DNA of 64,000 nucleotides from an uncultured Acidobacteriota bacterium (GTDB lineage Bacteria; Acidobacteriota; UBA6911), in assembly GCA_963827655.1 (NCBI GenBank), contig CAWHCF010000020.1:256001-320000 (forward strand), read 5' to 3'. A program made the translations under genes and the position numbers. How positions within the stretch are numbered: the stretch's first letter is position 1; each line of letters begins with the position of its first letter. The notes below the pieces were generated by a model. It was not told where the DNA came from, did no database searches, and was given only the letters and a program-made list of their open reading frames with translations. Shown one piece after another: positions 56,651 through 64,000 of the stretch.

Positions 56651-57498
56651 CGAGACGAGAGAAGTATGCGGTTCAATCGAGAGAACAGATCCTGGATCGC
56701 CTGCGTGATCAGGCTTCCAAGGGTATACCGATCACGGGCGCTGGCGCGGGTACCGGGATTTCGGGGAAATGCGCCGAGGCGGGCGGAGCCGACCTGATTG
56801 TAATCTACAACTCGGGCCGCTTTCGTATGGCGGGTCACGGATCCTTGTCGGGTCTTCTTCCTTACGGAGATGCCAACGCCATCGTGGTCGAGATGGCGCG
56901 CGAGGTCCTGCCTGTAGTTCGCAAGACCCCCGTCCTGGCCGGCGTTTGTGGAACGGACCCATTTCGCATCATGGATCTGTTCCTGCGGGATTTGAAGGCG
57001 ATCGGATTCAGCGGGGTTCAGAATTTTCCCACGGTTGGTCTTATTGACGGCATGTTTCGCCAGAATCTGGAGGAGACCGGCATGAGCTTTTCCAAGGAGG
57101 TCGACATGATCGCCGCCGCGCGCGAGCTCGATCTGCTCACCACGCCCTATGTCTTCACTCCCGGCGAAGCCGTGGAAATGACGCGGGCTGGAGCCGACAT
57201 TCTCGTTGCACACATGGGTCTCACGACCAAGGGACTGATAGGAGCTCAGAGCTCCAAGACCCTTGACGAGTGCGTTGGCGAAATCCAGTCCATTCACGAT
57301 GCCGCCAAGGCAGAGCGCGACGACATCCTCGTGATTTGCCACGGGGGTCCGATCAGCGAGCCGGAAGACGCCCAGTTCATCATGGAAAGGACGCGTGGAC
57401 TCGCGGGGTTTTTCGGCGCAAGCAGCATGGAACGCCTTCCGACCGAGCGCGCCATTACCGAGCAGGTCCGTCGTTTCAAGAGTCTTCGGGTTTCCTAG
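56647..57498 (+). CDS. PEP-hydrolase-like / TIM-barrel signal transduction family protein
   Basis: [55 protein letters not shown]. Confidence 0.92.
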   Translation: MTRREKYAVQSREQILDRLRDQASKGIPITGAGAGTGISGKCAEAGGADLIVIYNSGRFRMAGHGSLSGLLPYGDANAIVVEMAREVLPVVRKTPVLAGVCGTDPFRIMDLFLRDLKAIGFSGVQNFPTVGLIDGMFRQNLEETGMSFSKEVDMIAAARELDLLTTPYVFTPGEAVEMTRAGADILVAHMGLTTKGLIGAQSSKTLDECVGEIQSIHDAAKAERDDILVICHGGPISEPEDAQFIMERTRGLAGFFGASSMERLPTERAITEQVRRFKSLRVS

Positions 57499-57566
57499 CG
57501 TCTTCGCGTCCTGGTGGTGAATCGGCGGTCCGCCGGGACGCGAAGCCAGCAAAAAAGGGAGGATTT

Positions 57567-57869
57567 GTGGCTGAAATCAAGCACATCGTGCTTCTGAAAT
57601 TCAAGCCTGCGACGACGGAGTCGCAGATTGCGGGCTTTTTTAAAGAGTTGGACGGATTGACTCACAAGATTCCCGGGCTGAACAACTTCATCGGCGGGCG
57701 CTACTCGAGTCCGGAAGGGCTCAACCAGGGCTACACCCACGGTTTTATCATGAGCTTCAGAGATGCCGCGGCTCGCGACGGCTACCTCCCGCACCCCGAG
57801 CACGAGCGGGTCAAGAGTGGCATCGTTCCTCACGTCGATCAGATCGTGGCGTTTGATTTCGAGGTGTAG
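57567..57869 (+). CDS. Dabb family (stress-responsive A/B barrel) protein
   Basis: IKHIVLLKFK, GYTHGF, YLPHPEH, FDF; GGAGG RBS. Confidence 0.9.
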   Translation: MAEIKHIVLLKFKPATTESQIAGFFKELDGLTHKIPGLNNFIGGRYSSPEGLNQGYTHGFIMSFRDAAARDGYLPHPEHERVKSGIVPHVDQIVAFDFEV

Positions 57870-57986
57870 TGTCTACTCAATCGGATCTGAGGATTTTCTA
57901 TTCAGATTCTCAACCCGACGCTCCAACGACGGCACGGCTCGCCTGCTCAACGCTTGATCAAAGGCGATTGACTCTGACTCGCCCTC

Positions 57987-58065
57987 AAATCCCCGCGCGG
58001 GATGATTCACGGAGTTCGGACCGAACTAGGGGACGCGCGGGGATTTCAAGGGGCGAAGCCCCTTG
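57987..58065. terminator. Inverted repeats between convergent genes
   Basis: AAATCCCCGCGCG (57987) pairs with CGCGCGGGGATTT (58034), followed by CAAGGGGCGAAGCCCCTTG. Confidence 0.45.
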
Positions 58066-58072
58066 GCTAGGT

Positions 58073-60123
58073 CTATTCACGCGCCGGTGGACTCGACAGA
58101 TATCGTTCTATGGCAGATCCCACTTCCCAGAGCTTCGAAGCTCGGAGCGCGGGATCGGTGGAAAGAAAGATCCCGGGGACAAGCGCCGCATCAATACAAT
58201 GATCCCCGCTCCACTTGCTGTCATTGGGCGCGCTGAATTCCGGCGGGACCCCACCCAGGGCTGTTTCCCAGGAAGCCCGATAGCCGCGCCCGTATCCGAC
58301 AATCAGCTCGGGCGAATTTGTTTTATCGATCGATGGGTCGAGCTCCTGATCCACGAGGACCTGCCGGATAGGTTTGCTTCCATCCTGCGGTAGAGTCCAT
58401 TGCTCCAGAAGGGTTTTCATCTTTGCAGCCAGTGCAGGAGCGTCGCGCAAGGCTACAATACCGTGCTGCTCGCGCCCCGCGAGATTGAGGTAAATGGCGT
58501 TGAAGCCGAGGGCGTAAGCCTGTGTTCGCGGCCAGTCCACGCCCGCGAAGAATTGAGCCGAGCTCGGCGAATCATTCTTGAGCTTCAAAAACCCGAGGTC
58601 GCGCAGCACGGAGTTAAGGTGGATCGCCGTCCGGAACGGGGCAAAACCGTGGTCCGACAAAACTACCAGAGTGCCGCGGCCACCGAGCGCCGCCCGCGCT
58701 CTTCCGACCAGGGCATCCATCTGCTCGTACCATCGGGCAATGGTATCCCGATGCCCCGCTGCTTCCGGCGTCTCGTACAGTGGATGCTCCCGATCGATTC
58801 CACGCCAGAACATGTGCTGGATGATGTCGGGCGATTCGAAGTAGCTGAAGAGCATTCCGGTTTCGAAGCGCCCCAGCTCGAAGAACAGCATCTTCTCGGT
58901 TTCTTCGTCAATTATGCGGCAGTGGGCCAGAAAATCTTCGTCGGAAAGAAAGCCATCGGTCAGCGCGGGCGTGTCAAAAGGCATCCCGCGGGTGTGATAG
59001 AGGCCGACTGCATCCACCAGGTCCCTGGCGTACGACCCGGGATGGCTGATGGGATAATACGGGGCGGCAGGATCGAAGTTGAGCGGTGAGATATAGAGGC
59101 TGATTTCGCCTCGTTCGCGCTTCAGGAGCATGCGGGTCACGGCGCGCACTTTTTGCAGATTGAGAGGACCGAAGCGGAACTCGAGCCTGATCCAGTCGCT
59201 CCAGCGACCTTCGGGTAGCGCATAGTCCTTTCCCTGAAGTTTCAATACTGCGGGACGCTGCGAGGCATCGATCACGAAGGGCTCGCGCACATTGTCGGGC
59301 TGCCCGGCATGATAAGGCCCGGGGATCTTACCCCGCAGCGCGCGGTCTTCCCCCTCGAGCCTGAGAATAATTCCGCGAGCTTCAGGGTGGTCGATGGCAG
59401 CAGTTGACAGATAAGTGTAAGTTCCTTCCGTTCCCCGGATATCCCAAACTCCCATCCCGGCCAGGATCCTGCCTTTGACCACGGGAGGAGGAAAAGACAT
59501 TGGCATCCGCAGGGCTACTATCCCCAGTCGCGACAATGCGGGTCCTTCCCAGAAAGGTGTGCCCTTCCAGGGGAGTGACAGGTGTTCACGATCGGCGATG
59601 GCCAGATCCGGCGCATACGACGCGGGATCACGCTTGATGAAATCAAACATGCCGTGACGGCTCGGCTCGGAGGCGGTAATGAAGGACGACCAGGCTACGG
59701 GACTCTGCGGCGGGTTCGTGGTGGCAAGCCTGTGCAAACCTGACTCAGCCGCCAGGCGTGAAAAATTCGGAAGCCGCGCCTCGCCCATGAACTGTTCTAG
59801 AAGCACGGGATCCAACCCGTCCAGCGCCAGTACCAGTACCCGTTGCGTGCCTGCACTCTGAGAGCTGGTTTTCGTTCTTTAAAGATCGACATGACTGCGA
59901 AGAAACCCAGGGGAACGATGATCACGATGCCGATAATTGCGCGATAATGGCGCTTGACCAGGGCCGCGCCCGACGACCAGAGCTGGCGGCCGAAAGTTCT
60001 GATTGTCAGCCATGCTGCACCAAGCGAAGCAAGGATCCCGGACAGAATCGAAACCCAGATTGAGGGGGGCAAGCCGCCGGTGGGATCAATGTAAAGCAGC
60101 GTGGATGGAAAAATCGGAAGCAA
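58073..60123 (-). CDS. Membrane-anchored alkaline phosphatase superfamily (phosphodiesterase/NPP-like) protein (frameshift near 59860)
   Basis: RVLVLALDGLDP, PPQSPVAWSSF.T, VLSDHGF, WSGDHC; the N-terminal two-TM segment lies in ORF 59797..60123. Confidence 0.85.
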
Positions 60124-60169
60124 TCCCGCTTCTCCAGCTTGCGTGATGTCACATCGGGGTGTCGCGTCG

Positions 60170-61420
60170 CTAGAGGACGATCCCGGCCCCGGCGGCCACT
60201 CCCTTGCGCTCTAGCACTAACCGCCCCAGTGCTGCCAGGCGCTCGAACGGTTCCGTGACTATAGGCTTGTCCGCGGCAAACACTACATCCCCGACATTGG
60301 GAGCGTCAAGCCGTTCGGATCTTCCTTCCTCGATCGCGAGCGTCGAACTGTCGATGGTGCGCAAGATTTCAGCGACCGAGACCTGCGCCTCCTGGGTGGA
60401 GCACCGGAGTGTCAGGTTCTGTCCGACCTGCATCGGTTCGAGATCCCACCAGAAAACGCGACTCGTTATCTTGCGCGATATGGCTGGGGGATTTTTCCAG
60501 GTTTCGCCCACCAGTACGGCTCCGCGTTCCACCTCGTGCCCTCCCGGAAGGCCTGATGCCGATTCCAGGCACAGGGCGACGCATTCCCCTGCCTCGGCAG
60601 GCTCGCGGTTTGTGGGAAAGCGCACGATTTCCCGCACGGTCACCACGTCCTGCGAGGGATAAACCGTCAGGCAATCCCCTTCGTGCACGCGTCCAGCCAG
60701 GACACGACCCGCCAGGCAGGTCCGCCCGCCCACCGCATAGGAATCCTGGATCGCGAAACGGACTGGTAGTCCCTCCGGAGTAGCGGTAGGGAGACGCTCA
60801 ATCGCCTCGATCAGGGTGGGTCCGTGATACCAGGGGGTTGAAGCTGCCAACGAAGCGATGTTGTCCCCATGAGCCGACGAGACTGGAACGATGCTCAGCG
60901 GCTCGATGGACAAAGAGGAGAGCAACTGCTGGGCCTCCTGAGCGGTTTTTTGGAAGCGCTCCTGGGAAAAATCGAAGAGGTCGATTTTGTTGCAGGCAAC
61001 AATGACCCGGCAGATGCCGAGGAGCGCGACCAGTAAGGCATGGCGGCGCGTCTCGGCGCGGACGCCCTCATCGACGGCGACCACCAGCAGGGCGGCCTCG
61101 GCGCGTGTCGCGCCTGTCATCATGTTCCGGAGGAAGCGAGAGTGACCGGGAACGTCGATGAGTACGAGGGCGCGGGCGCCGGTTCGGACAAATACCTGCG
61201 CTGTGTCGATAGTCAGGCCGTCCTGGCGCTCGGCCTCGAGATGGTCGACCAGAAACGCCCACTGATTCTCGCAGCCGGCTTGCCGGCTGAGTACAAGGAT
61301 TTCCTCAACGCGACGGGCGTCGACGCCGGCGCTGTCGAGCAGCAGCCGGCCGATCAAAGTCGACTTGCCATGGTCGGGGTGGCCCGTGACGACGAGGTGC
61401 AGCGGCGACGTCCGATCCAT
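60170..61420 (-). CDS. cysN: Sulfate adenylyltransferase subunit 1 (GTPase), no APS-kinase domain
   Basis: GHPDHGKSTLIGRLL, ER..GLTID, DVPGH..FLRNMMTGA, NKID; adjacent to cysD. Confidence 0.9.
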   Translation of the reverse strand: MDRTSPLHLVVTGHPDHGKSTLIGRLLLDSAGVDARRVEEILVLSRQAGCENQWAFLVDHLEAERQDGLTIDTAQVFVRTGARALVLIDVPGHSRFLRNMMTGATRAEAALLVVAVDEGVRAETRRHALLVALLGICRVIVACNKIDLFDFSQERFQKTAQEAQQLLSSLSIEPLSIVPVSSAHGDNIASLAASTPWYHGPTLIEAIERLPTATPEGLPVRFAIQDSYAVGGRTCLAGRVLAGRVHEGDCLTVYPSQDVVTVREIVRFPTNREPAEAGECVALCLESASGLPGGHEVERGAVLVGETWKNPPAISRKITSRVFWWDLEPMQVGQNLTLRCSTQEAQVSVAEILRTIDSSTLAIEEGRSERLDAPNVGDVVFAADKPIVTEPFERLAALGRLVLERKGVAAGAGIVL

Positions 61421-61421
61421 G

Positions 61422-62225
61422 TTACATGTAGCCCAGTGATCGAAGCTTTTGCATCAAGTAGGCCGATTCCCCCTCGTGCATTCGGCCTGATCGCTCGGCA
61501 CTGGCGGGCGTTCGAATCTCATGAAGAATATCGTCAACTGAAGTGGCCGGCGAGTCGATGGGATGACAGCACGTGCGGCACCCAATGCTTCGATAACGCT
61601 TTCCCTCTCGAGCGAAGTAGGGCTCGGCGACCGGTATGTTCTCCCGTTTGATATATTCCCAGATATCCAGCTCGGTCATGTGAAGGAGCGGATGAATACG
61701 AAAATGTTCGGCCGGGTCTGTGGCTGAGCCGTAAAGATCCCACAACTCGGGTGGCTGGCTGTTGAAGTTCCAGCGCGATTCGCTGTCTCGCGGCGAGAAG
61801 TAGCGCTCCTTGGCCCGGATGCCATGCTCGTCGCGGCGAATGCCCAGGAAAACCGCTTCGAGCCGGAGATCCCGGACCGCCTGTTTGAGGGCTTCGGTCT
61901 TGAGGGCATTGCAGCAGGTCAACATGTCGTAAGCATGTCTTCCCATTCCTGCCGAGAGGGCGGCCTCGTTACGCCTGACAACAAGATCGAGGGCCCATTC
62001 TTGCGCCAGTTGAGCGCGGTACCGGTAAATCTCATCGAATTCGTAGCTGGTGTCGACATGGATGACCGGAAAAGGGATGCGGCCTAGGAAGGCCTTGCGG
62101 CAAATCCAGAGCAGTACCGTCGAGTCTTTCCCCATCGACCAGAGCAGGGCCAGACGATTGAAGCGGCGGTGAGCTTCGCGGATGATGAAGATGCTCTCAT
62201 TTTCAAGTTCTGAGAGGTAGTCCAT
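61422..62225 (-). CDS. cysD: Sulfate adenylyltransferase subunit 2
   Basis: LENESIFIIREA, WSMGKDS, GIRRDE...AKERYFS, YRSIGC, LRSLGYM. Confidence 0.95.
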   Translation of the reverse strand: MDYLSELENESIFIIREAHRRFNRLALLWSMGKDSTVLLWICRKAFLGRIPFPVIHVDTSYEFDEIYRYRAQLAQEWALDLVVRRNEAALSAGMGRHAYDMLTCCNALKTEALKQAVRDLRLEAVFLGIRRDEHGIRAKERYFSPRDSESRWNFNSQPPELWDLYGSATDPAEHFRIHPLLHMTELDIWEYIKRENIPVAEPYFAREGKRYRSIGCRTCCHPIDSPATSVDDILHEIRTPASAERSGRMHEGESAYLMQKLRSLGYM

Positions 62226-62340
62226 ATATTGCCGGGAAAGTATAACAGCATCGGATCAAGTTTCCGCGCCGCAAAAGATGAAGACGACCCTGAGACCGCG
62301 TTTTAGCGCGCGCTTCAACATCATCGGAGGGGGACAGGAT

Positions 62341-62580
62341 TCAGATATTCTCGATCTGAACGAGCTTAATGCGCCCGGACGCCCCGCTTTTGATAGAGAC
62401 CGCGGACTTGGGACAGCCGAAGCGCTCGGCGACCAGAGCGACCAGCTCCACATTGGCCTTGCCATCCACTGGCGGCGATTTCAGCTTCGCTTGCCAGAGC
62501 CTTCCATCGCTCAATAGTTCCAGCGAGCTTGTCCGGGCGTTCGGCTTGACTTTCACTTGGATGGTCTTCGTGCTACTCAT
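62341..62580 (-). CDS. yggU: DUF167 (YggU-like) protein
   Basis: VKVKPNAR, PPVDGKANVEL, SGASGRIK. Confidence 0.85.
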   Translation of the reverse strand: MSSTKTIQVKVKPNARTSSLELLSDGRLWQAKLKSPPVDGKANVELVALVAERFGCPKSAVSIKSGASGRIKLVQIENI

Positions 62581-62670
62581 AGCTACCGTCAATGAGCCAA
62601 GTGTACCGCCGGCCCACTCGAGTACGCCGGTCACGTAAACCAACGGCAGCTCAACGCGCTGTTAGGCGAA

Positions 62671-62922
62671 TCACCGCTGTGAGCCTTTTCTTTGGCGTTT
62701 GGATTCTGGTAGCGCGGAGATAACGGAGCGTAGGAAAGCGTTGACCGACTCCGAGGACTTGAATACCGCGGCAACGTCCGGCTCCAAGATGACTGCCACT
62801 GTCCGGCTAGCCATCTTCGAGGCAAAGCGATTTGGCTTCGCTTTCCGGTAGTCGAACCGATATTCCACTGGTAAACCAGCACGGCTTGATTTTCTTTTGT
62901 TAAGAACCGACGTTTTCTTCAT
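62671..62922 (-). CDS. BrnA-like antitoxin
   Basis: EYRFDYRKAKPNRFA, LEPDVAAVF..SESVN..LR; downstream of brnT. Confidence 0.8.
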   Translation of the reverse strand: MKKTSVLNKRKSSRAGLPVEYRFDYRKAKPNRFASKMASRTVAVILEPDVAAVFKSSESVNAFLRSVISALPESKRQRKGSQR

Positions 62923-63422
62923 AATCCTTACGCTCCCATCTTGTCGCTCTTCGAGCGCTGAACAGCCGTACTATCGTTCTGCGCTCGGTGAAATGGACTA
63001 GAATCAGTCGGTGTTTGATCGAGTGTCCGATAATGATCTCCCGGTGCTCCTCGGTGGAATGTTTCTCGTCGTCGAAAATACGAGCTAAGGGCTCGCGCAG
63101 AAATAACTTCACATTCTGGCGCGAGAGTCGTTGGTGAATCATGAACGGTTTTCTTTTGCTAAGCACGCTGAGAATCGCGCCCCTTCGGGCTGCGGCCCGC
63201 AGGCCCGCTGGCTTTGTTGCTCGCTCCTCACGTACCGCACCGGGTACGCATCGTCGCTCACGCCTCGCCAGCGGGCCTGGGGGCCTGCAGCAGAATGCGA
63301 ACTTATTTCTGCGCGAACCCTAAGGGATCTGCAAAAACGGTTAATGCTTCATCGAATGAAACACCATGTTTCCTCAGATTCGCGCGCGCTTTTCTCCGAT
63401 CCCACTCGAAATGCAGACTCAT
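62900..63422 (-). pseudogene. brnT: BrnT (DUF497) toxin interrupted by a MITE
   Basis: 5' part MSLHFEWDRRKARANLRKHGVSFDEALTVFADPL (ATG 63422) and 3' part ARIFDDEKHSTEEHRE...FSARRATRWER; removing the insertion restores a 95-aa frame. Confidence 0.9.
63090..63319. mobile_element. 230-bp non-autonomous MITE
   Basis: TIRs GGCTCGCGCAGAAATAACTTCACATTCTG / GGTTCGCGCAGAAATAAGTTCGCATTCTG (26 of 29 match); flanked by CTAAG at 63085 and 63320. Confidence 0.92.
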
Positions 63423-63664
63423 TTCCCGAAGGAGATGTTACCAGAGGCAGGGCATTTTGTAACCCGGCGGGTTAACGTCGGGCGGTCAACAGCGGCCGGC
63501 AATGACGACGCCCTCCGACTTCTGCGCTTCGGACCTGGGCAGGCGGTCGAACTCCTGGAATAGCTGCGCCAGCGTTTAGCGTCTCTAGCAGCAATCGCGC
63601 TCGCCCTCTGACTTTGCCGACAAGTACTTTCGGGCGGAGAATAACGAACCGTAGATCCTGAGCA

Positions 63665-64000
63665 TTATCTTTTCGTGGAACTAAGCTGTTTGTGTTTTGC
63701 GAACTCTTCTTCCGCCTCCTTGGGCATTCCCTTCTGAAGATATACCTTTCCCAGATAGTAATGTGCCTCGGCGTTTTTGGGATCGATTTCCGTGGCCCGT
63801 TTGCAGGCCTCGAGTGCCTCGTCCGTCATACCTTTATGCATGAAGACCAGTCCCAGGTTGACATAAGCCTGGACGAGTTTCGCGTCTCTTCGAATGGCTT
63901 CGCGGTATGCGTCGGCGGCTTCATCATAACGCTTGCCAATCTGATGGATCGAACCCAGGGTATTGTATGCCTCCGCGTTATCAGGATTGATCACGATGGC
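63665..64000 (-). CDS. TPR-repeat protein (3' part, truncated by the window)
   Basis: AEAYNTLG, AYVNLG, AEAHYYLGKVY. Confidence 0.88.
   Translation of the reverse strand, partial: AIVINPDNAEAYNTLGSIHQIGKRYDEAADAYREAIRRDAKLVQAYVNLGLVFMHKGMTDEALEACKRATEIDPKNAEAHYYLGKVYLQKGMPKEAEEEFAKHKQLSSTKR

Noticed and set aside
62900-63166. 88-aa ORF as an intact BrnT
   Set aside because: Its start lies inside the MITE; the real N-terminus is at 63422.

Overview
GC-rich bacterial DNA. The gene content (Oar-like TonB-dependent receptors with an N-terminal carboxypeptidase-regulatory domain, DUF1501 and DUF1549/DUF1553 genes, CehA/McbA-type PHP hydrolases) suggests Acidobacteriota or a similar lineage; this is inference. 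About 14 genes carry single-base frameshifts, probably long-read errors, so several calls below are stitched across frames. Most of 0.4-53 kb looks like one large import and catabolism island: 3 TonB-dependent receptors plus a relic, GH172, GH127-like, GH2-like, three PHP hydrolases, an MBL hydrolase, an amidohydrolase, SSS, DAACS and SulP transporters, and a LacI regulator. A 14-bp palindrome (consensus TGGAACATGTTCCA) recurs 8 times, always intergenic, and appears to tie the island together. The most unusual signal is a Tat-signal gene (44720-45730, minus strand) with a candidate in-frame UGA followed by a hairpin placed exactly like the E. coli fdhF SECIS, suggesting an uncharacterised exported selenoprotein. 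Also present are three type II toxin-antitoxin loci, one with a brnT toxin split by a 230-bp MITE (29-bp TIRs, CTAAG duplication); several dispersed repeat families; an ltaE/Tm-1-like/TIM-barrel/Dabb cluster; and cysD-cysN next to an AlkP-family gene. I saw no rRNA, tRNA or CRISPR array. Family names come from motif recognition, not from database searches.
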